This document shows positions 10,312-19,582 of a stretch of DNA of 50,745 nucleotides, piece after piece. The DNA is from Chitinophagales bacterium (GTDB lineage: Bacteria; Bacteroidota; Bacteroidia; Chitinophagales; JANQFB01). Where the stretch lies: assembly GCA_028278085.1 (NCBI GenBank), contig JANQFB010000325.1, positions 1 through 50,745 of the forward strand. Direction: 5' to 3'. A model generated the notes under the pieces. That model saw only the letters and a program-made list of their open reading frames with translations, was not told the origin of the DNA and ran no database searches. Position numbers and translations under genes: made by a program. The first letter of the stretch is position 1, and every line of letters begins with the position of its first letter.

Positions 10312-11043
10312 TCAATCGAAGTAGGTCGATAGAATAGCTGCGGCCTCGGTCTGACGGAAGCTGCCCTTTTGATGGGCCAGCTTTTCAAAATAAGATCTGG
10401 ATCGGGCCATTTGTTTTGATTCATAGTGGACAATGGCTAGGTACCACCAGCTTTGTTCGTGGTAAGGATTTTGGGATCGTAAAACCGCATTCAGGTGTTC
10501 GATAGCTTTGGGGTAGTCGGCTTCTTCCTTGGCTATATGGCACATCCCGCTATAGAAGTCGGCCAGGTATTGGATCATGTGAAAATCAGCAGTTACCCTG
10601 GCTATGGCCGTAAGCGCTTCATCATACCGGCCGCTATTGTAGAGATCCATGGCGGATTGCCATTCCTGAAGGGTTTCGGGTCCTGTTGTCCGGGGCAGGG
10701 GAGTGCTTTCATAGGGTTGGAAATAAACTTCTGCCAGGGCAGGAGGCTGCTGGAATTCGCTGATCAACCACCAGGAACCGGGGATCAGGAGGATAAGCGC
10801 TATGGCGGCTGCCCACCACCAACGTTTGAAGGGTGAAGGGGAGGGAAAGAGATCCTGACGAATGTTTTCCAGGTCTTTTTTCATCGCCAGACGGCCATCC
10901 TGCCTCACAATTTCGGCCGCCACTGCTTCTGCAAAGGCCTCGTCGTTGGCCATACGTTGTTCAAAAGCGTTTCTTTCCGCTTCGCTGAACCGGTTTTCCA
11001 GGAATCTCGTAACGCTTCTGTTTATGTCGTCGTAATTACTCAT
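10312..11043 (-). CDS. Putative anti-sigma factor (N-terminal anti-sigma domain, one TM helix, periplasmic TPR)
   Basis: FLENRFSEAERNAFEQRMANDEAFAEAV N-domain; TM WWWAAAIALILLIPGSWWLI; TPR-like C-terminus; overlaps the stop of the sigma gene. Confidence 0.75.
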   Translation of the reverse strand: MSNYDDINRSVTRFLENRFSEAERNAFEQRMANDEAFAEAVAAEIVRQDGRLAMKKDLENIRQDLFPSPSPFKRWWWAAAIALILLIPGSWWLISEFQQPPALAEVYFQPYESTPLPRTTGPETLQEWQSAMDLYNSGRYDEALTAIARVTADFHMIQYLADFYSGMCHIAKEEADYPKAIEHLNAVLRSQNPYHEQSWWYLAIVHYESKQMARSRSYFEKLAHQKGSFRQTEAAAILSTYFD

Positions 11044-11620
11044 GTTTAAGAAGGTTTCGGATCGTGGCTTTTGCTTTCACCAACTCCCTTAAGGCTTTCA
11101 GGCACCGGGTTTTCTTATTGCGAACAATTTGTTCGTTTTTATAACCCATTTCCAGGTACAGTTTTTGAACAGGGATATTGTCAAAAATGGCCATCCGTAA
11201 CAGTCGCCGGCAATCGGCCTTTAGTTGATCCATAAGGCCCGCAAGCAGGTCTGTTTTCTCGGCACTGACGATCACCGGTAAAGGTTCGGTAATGGTATGC
11301 TCCACGGTGATGGATTCTTTAAACTTCGTTTCTGCCTTTTTCCTGCGCAACTGATCGATCCACTTATTCCGGCAAACGGCATAGATATAGGTTTTGATAG
11401 AGGCGGTTTGGATAAAATTGCCTGCTCTTACTTTTTCATAAAACACAATAACCGATTCCTGGAAAATGTCGTGTGCATCATCTTCGGAACCATTATTCTG
11501 CAAGACCAGGTTCCGGATAAGGTTGAAATACTCCCGGTAGATATACCTCAAGCCTTTGTTGCAATCCTCCGCGTTACCTTTGAGCAGGCCCAGGATCTTA
11601 TGATCGTTGCTAGTAGCCAC
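11036..11620 (-). CDS. ECF (sigma-70 group 4) RNA polymerase sigma factor
   Basis: Region 2 DDAHDIFQESVIVFY...IKTYIYAVCRNKWIDQLRR; region 4 LKADCRRLL...VRNKKTRCLKALRE; 194 aa. Confidence 0.9.
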   Translation of the reverse strand: MATSNDHKILGLLKGNAEDCNKGLRYIYREYFNLIRNLVLQNNGSEDDAHDIFQESVIVFYEKVRAGNFIQTASIKTYIYAVCRNKWIDQLRRKKAETKFKESITVEHTITEPLPVIVSAEKTDLLAGLMDQLKADCRRLLRMAIFDNIPVQKLYLEMGYKNEQIVRNKKTRCLKALRELVKAKATIRNLLKHE

Positions 11621-11666
11621 CTTGTCCGTTTGTCCTCCTGTTTCGGATTTTACCCACTTTTAATTT

Positions 11667-14600
11667 TCAAATCATTTGATACCGTTTGAGCCAAAACCGT
11701 CTGCCTAACAGGAAACCTAAGGAACCCAGGATAAAAAAGGCCCCTGCAAAGTAGCCGTAGCTCCTCCAACTATTGCCAAATTGCACCGGCTCCCGGTTGC
11801 CGATCACCACGAAATTAGCCCAGTAGAATGGGTGGGCTTTCACGGGATCGGCATGGGATAAAAAAGTTTTTTTGGCCTGGCTGAGCGCCAGGGATTTATT
11901 TTCTTCCCGGCTGATCCCTTCAAAAAATGTTTGCATCAATCGGGCGCTGCTCCGGTCCTCCGCCTGCCAGAGGCTCATGACCACGGCGGGACAACCGGCA
12001 TATCGAAAAGCCCGGGCCAAACTCATGGGGCCTTCACCCCCGATCAGCTTCCCATAACCGGTATTACAGGCGCTGAGTACTACCAGGTCGGCATCGAGAT
12101 CCATATTATATAATTCATAAACATTGAGGTATCCGTCATTTAGCGTGTCATGGGTTTGGGTGAATAGTAGTTTGGAAAGCATGGGTTCTTCATCGTCAGT
12201 CAGGGCATGCATAGCCAGGTGCAATACCCGGTAATCCCCGGCCATGGCCTTGAAATTCGCTTCACTGGCATCCGGGCCCAGATAGGCCATCCCACCCAAT
12301 AAACGATTGACACTTTTTACTTCCACCGAGTTTTTTAACAAGGGCCGGGCATTACTCCGGAATTGGGCAAATTTATCCAATGCAGAAGCGGCAGCCAAAG
12401 CCCCCATATCATAGGTGGGTGCAAAACCGGCATAGCTTTTTGCAGCCCGGTTTGCAGTGGTGGGATATCGATCCAGCCAGGTGGAATAGGCATAATGGAT
12501 CTGTTTTTCGTGGAGGAGGTAGGGCAATTTCCGGTAGTCGTTTTCTCCGGGAGCCGGCGCTGCCGTCAGCAAGGCTTCAAAAGGGATGAGATTAAGTGTA
12601 TTGTCGGGAATAAGGGTGATTGCCGCAATATCGGTTAAGATCTTCCGGCTCTCTTGCGGGAACAACCGGTCATATAAATAAGTTGCTGCAGTAATATAGT
12701 TTTCAAAGGATTGCCGGGGATCCAGGAGGCGTTGTGCAGGATCGGATATGCTTGACCGCAGCATGGCCACGTGCTCATGAAATTTTTCACCGATAGTATC
12801 CCGGTAAAAAATGACCTGAGAAGGGCTTAGTGTCCAAACAAACAAGGACGTGTCGCCCAGGAAATAAGCCATTATCGCCTCTCCGGAAGACAACTGTTGC
12901 TGTAGGGTGGACAAATCTGAACCGTCTACCTGGAATTGCAATTGAAAATATTTAGGGTAGTTTTCCCGGATATGATTTTGCAGCGCATAGTACTGCGATT
13001 TGGCGGAAAACAGCCGGTCGCTGCTTGCGGAGCGTTCTAGGGTATCATTTTTTTCATGGGCCTCCCTGACCTGCCGGGTATAGATAGCCTGTGCAGACCT
13101 TAACTGTTTTTCCCGTTGAAGGATACTGTCGGGAACTCCGGCAAACTGAAAGCTCCCGGCGGCCGCAATGGCCTTTTTCAACTGAAAAGATCTGCTGCGT
13201 TCCATCATTTGGAAGGATTCGGCCAGGTATCGCGGTTCATGCGTCTGTTGGTACAATTCAAAGGTGGTAGCCAGGGTCCCTTCGAATGTTTGTTGTATCT
13301 GCCGGTAAACGGTCTTATTGTTGGCATAATTGTCCATGTCCCTGCGAAGGGTGTCGACCAGGTCTGCCGCTCGTTTGTAGGTATGGCGGGCATGTACCAG
13401 GTAATGCGGATGATCATTTTTACTCATGAAATGCAAAACTTCCGCCTTACGATTGAGGATGTTGAGCAGGAAATTAACATTGGACACAACATTCAATGAA
13501 GGATTATCCCGGTAGTCGTTGCTTTCAAACCCCGGTACCAGCTTTCGGATCAATGTCTGATAAGTGGCTAAAGCGGAATCGGGGTAGCCTGCCTGCCGGA
13601 GATCTTTGCCCATATACAGGGCATTTGTAAAATATTCGCTGACATAGAAGTCGCTGAATTGGGTGAGCCGGCAAGCCTTCCGGAAATGCCTGATACTTGA
13701 GGTATATGCCTTTTTGGCCGAATAATATTTACCCCAACCTTTATGAGCAATACTGTGCGCAGGGTGATCGGGCGCCAAAAAACTCAGCAAAACCTGTTCG
13801 CCTTTTCGGGTATAATAATAGCAGGAATCAAAGGCACCGGCCAAAAGGAGTAGGTTGGCATAGTTGAGGTAGGACTTGCCTGTTTGTGGATTGCTTTCAC
13901 CGTGATGCAGCAAGGTGATCCTTAATTCCTCACGGGTATATGCCAGGCTTTTCCCGGGCTTATCGGGTTCGGAACTGGCATAAGACAGGTTTCGATAAAT
14001 ATCGATCAGGCTTTTGTGATCCGGACCGTGCCGCTGGATGGCCAGCTTCAGGCTTTTGAGGCCGTATTCGATATTTTTTTCCGTATTGCCCAGGCTCGAA
14101 AAAATGATCGATAGGACATTATAGACCATAGCCAGCTTTCTATCCTTTTCTTCCCTGCTCTGATTGGCCAGGAATAGGGCCGTGTCCGCATATGCCTGGG
14201 ATGCTTTGATCAGGTGCAGCGACAAATAGGACATGGATATTTGTCCGTATGATTTAATGATCGAAAAGTCTGTTTCCGCTAACCTGGCTTTTTTTACCCG
14301 GAGGGATCGTTTTTCGGTTTGAATAGACTTCCACCTGTTTCCATCATTTAGATACGCTCTTCTAAGGGTTTCATAGGTACTGATCAGGGATGGATGATCG
14401 TTGCCTTTGAGGCTTATGATCCGGTCAATCGCTTCCTGCAGGTCGGAAATGGCCAGTTTGGGAAACTTATTCCGGTGCTGAAATTTCCCCCTGGCGATAT
14501 AAAAGTTGATCCACAAAGTATCGTCGGCCGGCAGTTTTGAAGTGAGCGTCGTTAACAGTTGCCGGTAGATCAGGCCGGCTTCTTCATAGGATTTTTGCCG

Positions 14601-14849
14601 GCTATGGGATAAGGCGGAAAGATGCCTGGCCGAAATGTAGCGTTTCAGATAAGCATTTTTTTGGAACAGCTCCCCAGCTTCTTTAGCCCGGGCAATAGCA
14701 TTTTTATAGTCCTTGCTCCGATAGGCTTTGTTAGCGGCTTGCATCATTGCCTCGGCGCGTAGGGAATCTCCTTTGGAGGCATTTTCACCCTCAACAGGTA
14801 TCGTTAACAGACTATATGCCACCAAGATGAGTTGCCACTTGTATTTCAT
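11667..14849 (-). CDS. TPR-CHAT (caspase-like, clan CD) protease with signal peptide and C-terminal membrane anchor
   Basis: N-terminal signal peptide (ATG 14849); long TPR array; CHAT motifs IPDNTLNLIPFEAL, LHLAMH (catalytic His), LVVLSACNTG (catalytic Cys), HPFYWANF; C-terminal TM followed by basic residues. Confidence 0.9.
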   Translation of the reverse strand: MKYKWQLILVAYSLLTIPVEGENASKGDSLRAEAMMQAANKAYRSKDYKNAIARAKEAGELFQKNAYLKRYISARHLSALSHSRQKSYEEAGLIYRQLLTTLTSKLPADDTLWINFYIARGKFQHRNKFPKLAISDLQEAIDRIISLKGNDHPSLISTYETLRRAYLNDGNRWKSIQTEKRSLRVKKARLAETDFSIIKSYGQISMSYLSLHLIKASQAYADTALFLANQSREEKDRKLAMVYNVLSIIFSSLGNTEKNIEYGLKSLKLAIQRHGPDHKSLIDIYRNLSYASSEPDKPGKSLAYTREELRITLLHHGESNPQTGKSYLNYANLLLLAGAFDSCYYYTRKGEQVLLSFLAPDHPAHSIAHKGWGKYYSAKKAYTSSIRHFRKACRLTQFSDFYVSEYFTNALYMGKDLRQAGYPDSALATYQTLIRKLVPGFESNDYRDNPSLNVVSNVNFLLNILNRKAEVLHFMSKNDHPHYLVHARHTYKRAADLVDTLRRDMDNYANNKTVYRQIQQTFEGTLATTFELYQQTHEPRYLAESFQMMERSRSFQLKKAIAAAGSFQFAGVPDSILQREKQLRSAQAIYTRQVREAHEKNDTLERSASSDRLFSAKSQYYALQNHIRENYPKYFQLQFQVDGSDLSTLQQQLSSGEAIMAYFLGDTSLFVWTLSPSQVIFYRDTIGEKFHEHVAMLRSSISDPAQRLLDPRQSFENYITAATYLYDRLFPQESRKILTDIAAITLIPDNTLNLIPFEALLTAAPAPGENDYRKLPYLLHEKQIHYAYSTWLDRYPTTANRAAKSYAGFAPTYDMGALAAASALDKFAQFRSNARPLLKNSVEVKSVNRLLGGMAYLGPDASEANFKAMAGDYRVLHLAMHALTDDEEPMLSKLLFTQTHDTLNDGYLNVYELYNMDLDADLVVLSACNTGYGKLIGGEGPMSLARAFRYAGCPAVVMSLWQAEDRSSARLMQTFFEGISREENKSLALSQAKKTFLSHADPVKAHPFYWANFVVIGNREPVQFGNSWRSYGYFAGAFFILGSLGFLLGRRFWLKRYQMI

Positions 14850-14914
14850 CGGTTGGAAGTATTTGATCAACCTGTTTTCCCTTTTTTCACGGAAGGTTCC
14901 GGCATAACTCTATG

Positions 14915-14944
14915 TATCGGATGAGCCTGTCGATTTATAACCAA
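14915..14944 (-). promoter_or_regulatory. Candidate ECF-sigma promoter upstream of the CHAT-sigma-antisigma operon
   Basis: Minus strand TTGGTTATAAATC-N12-CGATA; matches the motif at 10193-10221. Confidence 0.55.
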
Positions 14945-15173
14945 TTTCTGACATTATTTTTTCAGTTTTTTTCGATAGTCCCGTACACCCATCACCGCTC
15001 AGGGATGATCCCGGTAGCTCCAATGTGATTGGATCCCCTGGAAATTGAACTAACCGATGCTGAAACAGTTAGCGCGGTGAAGTAAAATGTATGGAAAGTT
15101 AAAGAAGAAAGTTATATTTCATTAATTGTATGATGATATTTCCATCACCGATACATCGGCTGCTTAGGTTGTA

Positions 15174-17357
15174 TCAGACCCGCACACCTATGACACAAAC
15201 ATCGTCGACCTGTTCCATTTCCTTTTTCCAGGACTCGAAAGCCTGTTGAAGGATATTGCGCTGCTCCTGCATGGATCGATCCTGGTTAACCAGCAACAGC
15301 TCTCTGAAACGCCGGGGGGTGTATTTTCGAACTACCTGACCGGGCGGTAAGTCTTCCCGTCCGCCGAATTGATCCACGAAACCGTCCGTGAACATAAATA
15401 AGCTATCACCGCTTTGAAGTTGAAGCGTATGCCGGGTAAAGGGCTTTTCTTTAATAAACACGCCTATGGGTTGGCGATCCGCCTTTATCTCAACCAAGGT
15501 ATTTTGACCTTCTTTATCCGGTAAATAAGAGCTACCTGCGTCCACACTTGCCATGGTTTCCCGGTGACTGCCTTTCCTGATCAGGTAGAGCGGGTTATAG
15601 GCGCCCGAATATTCCAATTCATTAGTAGCTTTATTCCATGCACACAGGGATATATCCATTCCATCTTTTACTGTCATTTCGGAAGGCAAAGCCTTCTTTA
15701 CCGAAGTTTCAGATGGCTTGCCCTCCGAAACTTCAGTGGAGGAGGGCGAGCCGTCCTTTAGGCTATCAGCAGCATCCGATTGGCCCAAAGCTCTTTTAAT
15801 GCCCGACCGGAGGTGATTTAGGATCTCATTCGATTGTGTTATTCCTTTTTCAATCACGATCTCATTCAGCAGGCTTGTACCGATCATGCTCATAAATGCA
15901 CCCGGTACACCATGTCCTGTACAGTCGGCAACCACCCATATTACTTTGTTGTCGGCAGTTTCGTGCAGCCAATAGAAATCACCGCTGACCACATCCTTGG
16001 GTTGGTAAAGAATAAAATGGTTATCATCATTGCCTTCAAATGCGCCTTGAAATGCCTCGGTGGAGGGTAAGATGGCTTCCTGTATTTTCTGTGCGTAATT
16101 AATACTGTCGGTGATATGTTTGTTCTTTTCATCTACCAGGGCCTTTTGTGATGCGATCACATTCTTTTGCTTCCTTGCTACACTGAAGCGATTGAAGAGG
16201 AAGACCGAAAAAATGATCACCAAAAGCAAGCCCCCGCCTGCCGAAAGGATGATCAATTCCTGCCTTTTCACCTTTTCCCGGTGAGCCAGCTCCTGTTTTT
16301 CTTTCTCTGCCTTTAATAGCGCTTCTTTCTTTTCGAATTCATAGCCCATTTGTTGTTTGATGGCTTCCTTCTGACTTTTCTCATTATTGATGCTGTCGCG
16401 CAGGGTAATATAGGTGTCATATTGCTGTAAGGCCTCCTGCCATAAGGATTGTTTTTTATACACCTGGTAATAGCTTTTGGCGCAGGTCATGAGGTCTTCG
16501 GTATATCGGAGCCTTTCTGCCCATATCATTGCGCTGTCGGTGTACAGTTTTGCCAGCGCCGGACTTCCCTTGGAAAGATAGATATTGGCCATGGAATAAT
16601 AAATATTGGAATGGAAAACGAAATAACCGGTGGCATCATAATAGGATTTGGCACTTTTGTAATAGCGGATGGCGGAATCTGGCAATTGTGCGTATTTGGC
16701 ATCGACGGCTTTACAGAATTGCTCCGAACCGCGTCCGAAATCATCTCCTTGCCGGGCGTAATAGTGTGCGGCTTTTTTCAGCGCTACCGATGCCTCCGGA
16801 AGCTTTTTTATGGAATGATACAAGCTCGATAAGTTCCAGTATCGATCTCCCAGGACGGCGATCTCTTCCCTCGCTTCCGAGATTTGGATACTTTTTTCAT
16901 AATAGGTCAGCGCTTCCTCAATATTTCCCAAAGTTTTGTACAGGATGGCTATACTGTTCAAAATAGAGGCTTCGGAAGATTTGTTTTGGATGTTCTCTGC
17001 AATTCTCAGGGCTTCAAATGACAAATTCAGGGCCGTGGAAATGTCTCCCTTGCTGCTGTATACCGATCCCAGCATATGAATGACCGAGGAAAAGACATCA
17101 TTGTAAAAATTACTTTGTTCCGTGGTCAGGTTTGGCCGACTGATCCTGCTTTTCAACAGATCCATCATGGACAAGCCGGTAGTCATGGCCGAATCCAGGT
17201 TGTTGTTCATGAATACCACCATCTGTGCTTCCAGGCCTTTTATGGCTAACGAGTCCTCCCGAAAATCATTATTTTTTACCGGATCGGTCGTATCCGCCAG
17301 TGGAGCTTGGAGAATAAGGAGGTTGAACAGGATGAGATAAAACCAGTTGATCTTCAT
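15174..17357 (-). CDS. TPR sensor + TM + PP2C/SpoIIE-family phosphatase (paralogue 2)
   Basis: Signal peptide, TPRs, TM, PKDVVSGDF, ADCTGHGVPGAFMS, DGMD, TDGFVDQFGG, DDVCV. Confidence 0.9.
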   Translation of the reverse strand: MKINWFYLILFNLLILQAPLADTTDPVKNNDFREDSLAIKGLEAQMVVFMNNNLDSAMTTGLSMMDLLKSRISRPNLTTEQSNFYNDVFSSVIHMLGSVYSSKGDISTALNLSFEALRIAENIQNKSSEASILNSIAILYKTLGNIEEALTYYEKSIQISEAREEIAVLGDRYWNLSSLYHSIKKLPEASVALKKAAHYYARQGDDFGRGSEQFCKAVDAKYAQLPDSAIRYYKSAKSYYDATGYFVFHSNIYYSMANIYLSKGSPALAKLYTDSAMIWAERLRYTEDLMTCAKSYYQVYKKQSLWQEALQQYDTYITLRDSINNEKSQKEAIKQQMGYEFEKKEALLKAEKEKQELAHREKVKRQELIILSAGGGLLLVIIFSVFLFNRFSVARKQKNVIASQKALVDEKNKHITDSINYAQKIQEAILPSTEAFQGAFEGNDDNHFILYQPKDVVSGDFYWLHETADNKVIWVVADCTGHGVPGAFMSMIGTSLLNEIVIEKGITQSNEILNHLRSGIKRALGQSDAADSLKDGSPSSTEVSEGKPSETSVKKALPSEMTVKDGMDISLCAWNKATNELEYSGAYNPLYLIRKGSHRETMASVDAGSSYLPDKEGQNTLVEIKADRQPIGVFIKEKPFTRHTLQLQSGDSLFMFTDGFVDQFGGREDLPPGQVVRKYTPRRFRELLLVNQDRSMQEQRNILQQAFESWKKEMEQVDDVCVIGVRV
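15661..15747. repeat. Three REP-like stem-loop units embedded in frame in PP2C paralogue 2
   Basis: Units at 15661-15686 and 15691-15717 (minus strand; the latter reads GCCATCT-GAAAC-TTCG-GTAAA-GAAGGC) and 15720-15747 (plus strand GCCCTCC-GAAAC-TTCA-GTGGA-GGAGGGC). Confidence 0.65.
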
Positions 17358-17715
17358 ATGATCGATGCTGTTTTATCCGGATCATTGCATCAAGGCATTT
17401 TCCGCATTATAGCCGGATAATCTTACAAATGTACCCATAAGATCGCAATTAACCGGCTCTCCATCAACTGGCAATGAGGAAGATATCCGAAAGATCCGGG
17501 GATCCTTCTCCCGCTTGCCGGTCAAATCTTCAGCAAAGCAACAATAGGTCGGGATCTCGAAATTTACCCTCGCCATTTTTGTTTATATTTGTTAAAACGA
17601 CCTGGTGTTGTCATTTAACGGCTGGCCGAAAAAATTGAAATACCAGCCAATGATTGCCCACCGGTCTGCCATTCCCAGGATCTTTCTTATTCCATTCCGC
17701 TCAAAATAAATCAGG

Positions 17716-19458
17716 ATGCTACTATCCCGGAACCAGATCACTACCCTGCTCGGATTTATTCGCGCACTGATCGGCTATAACCGGTGGCAGGTGCTCCAGT
17801 CTTTTGTGCTGCTGATCTTCATGGGGATCTCACAGGGCGTAAGTTTACTGCTGCTCATCCCCTTTTTGGCGCTGGCCGGCGTAACGGAAACGGATCAATC
17901 CGATTCCGGCCTCGCTGCCCGGGTAAAAACCGTCTTTGAACATACCGGGTTTGAGCTGAGCCTGATCAATGTATTACTGGCTTATATTTTTATTTTCAGT
18001 TGCTACGCCTTGACCCTGTATTGGCAAAGCATCGTCAACACACAATTGATACAGGGTTTTACCAGGCAATTGCGGAATAAGTTGCACCAGGCCTTTATCG
18101 AGGCCAAATGGCTGTTTATTACCCAAATCCGAACGGCTGATGTGGCCAATTTGTTGGTGAAAGAAACCGGGAAAACCGGATCCAGCACTCAGCTTTTGAT
18201 CCGGCTAATTACACAGTTCATTTTAGCGCTTGTTCATATAGGGTTAGCATTGGTATTATCCTGGCAGCTAACATTGATGGCCCTTGCCGGGATCCTTGTG
18301 CTGATCCTCATACAGCGGTCCATTATGCGCGCGGCTTATGAAAGCGGCGAAGGAAGCTATTTGAACCATAAAGTCCTTTTTTCGATGATCAGCGAGCATT
18401 TGAACGGATTAAAGCTGGTTAAGGGCTATGGCTCGGAGGAGCGACATCACCGGCAGTATAACGAGATCACTAAAAGAGTTAAAGATCATGCCAACCGTTT
18501 TCAATATTCCGGAGCCAGGTCCAAACTTGTCTTTGACATTGGAGGGGTCTTGTTGATCAGCGCATTTTTTTATGCGGCATTGGTATTTTGGAAGATCCCG
18601 GTGATCGAATTATTGTTGATCGTATACATCTTTGCCCGGTTGCTGCCTCGATTCTCCACGATGATGACCATGTACAATGGTTTATTGAATAATATGCCTT
18701 CCTTTGATGCCATCGAGGATATGTGGGTCCGGTTCCGCGAGAACCGGGAAAATATCTCACAAGCCGTTCCGGAACCACTGGCTTGCAAAAAGGAGATCCT
18801 CCTGGAGGGTGTCTCTTTCCGCTACGAAGCCGGTCAGCCCATCCTTACCGGGATCGACTTGAAGATACCTGCCAATCAAACGATTGCCCTCACCGGGCCT
18901 TCCGGATCCGGTAAAACCACTTTGTCAGACCTGATCATGGGATTGTTACAACCGGATCAGGGTTCGATCAAAGTTGATGGAACGGATATTAGTGGCTCCG
19001 CTGGCTGGCGGCAGGCGATCGGTTATGTGCCCCAGGATGGTTTCCTGTTTCATGATACGATCAGGGCCAACCTGCTTTGGGCAAATCCCCAAGCCACGAC
19101 CGAAGCGCTGTGGGAAGCCCTGGAAAATGCCTCTGCCCGATCCTTTGTCGAGCAATTGAAAGATGGGATCGACACGGTAGTTGGCGATAAAGGCGTCAGG
19201 CTCTCCGGGGGGGAGCGACAGCGAATTGCTTTAGCCCGGGCGCTGGTACGAAAGCCCACGCTGCTGGTGCTGGATGAAGCGACCAGTAATCTGGATGATC
19301 AAAACGAGACCCATATCCGTAAAGCCATCCGAGATCTACACCGGAAAATGACCATTCTACTCATTGCCCACCGGTCAACGTTGATAGATGATGCCGATCA
19401 AACGGTTGTGCTGGAACAAGGCAGGGTGAAGGAAATCGTAGGTTCTTACACCCTTTGA
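17716..19458 (+). CDS. ABC exporter, fused permease + ATP-binding domain (MsbA/peptide-exporter type)
   Basis: About six TM helices; Walker A GPSGSGKT, signature LSGGERQR, Walker B LVLDEAT, H-loop IAHR. Confidence 0.9.
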   Translation: MLLSRNQITTLLGFIRALIGYNRWQVLQSFVLLIFMGISQGVSLLLLIPFLALAGVTETDQSDSGLAARVKTVFEHTGFELSLINVLLAYIFIFSCYALTLYWQSIVNTQLIQGFTRQLRNKLHQAFIEAKWLFITQIRTADVANLLVKETGKTGSSTQLLIRLITQFILALVHIGLALVLSWQLTLMALAGILVLILIQRSIMRAAYESGEGSYLNHKVLFSMISEHLNGLKLVKGYGSEERHHRQYNEITKRVKDHANRFQYSGARSKLVFDIGGVLLISAFFYAALVFWKIPVIELLLIVYIFARLLPRFSTMMTMYNGLLNNMPSFDAIEDMWVRFRENRENISQAVPEPLACKKEILLEGVSFRYEAGQPILTGIDLKIPANQTIALTGPSGSGKTTLSDLIMGLLQPDQGSIKVDGTDISGSAGWRQAIGYVPQDGFLFHDTIRANLLWANPQATTEALWEALENASARSFVEQLKDGIDTVVGDKGVRLSGGERQRIALARALVRKPTLLVLDEATSNLDDQNETHIRKAIRDLHRKMTILLIAHRSTLIDDADQTVVLEQGRVKEIVGSYTL

Positions 19459-19582
19459 GGCCATCTACTGCCGGCTGGACAATTGCGGAAGCGGATGAAA
19501 CCTTCCTTTGTTCTGGTCGTATTGTAGGAAATACAAATCCTCCGAATATTCGATTGGCAAAAAATCGAAAACCACAACAGCC

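Noticed and set aside
11667-14849. Type III-E CRISPR (Craspase) locus
   Set aside because: No Cas7-11/gRAMP, Csx30/31 or array; the CHAT protein is predicted to be exported and membrane-anchored. Only a mechanistic analogy is kept.
15334-15353. Second repeat-derived insertion (EDLPPGQV) in PP2C paralogue 2
   Set aside because: The peptide is an insertion relative to the other paralogues, but the DNA palindrome is too degenerate to assign to a repeat family.
17358-17715. Lasso/RiPP precursor upstream of the ABC exporter
   Set aside because: No short ORF with a YxxP leader and Thr-x-Gly core junction, and no maturation enzymes in the window.
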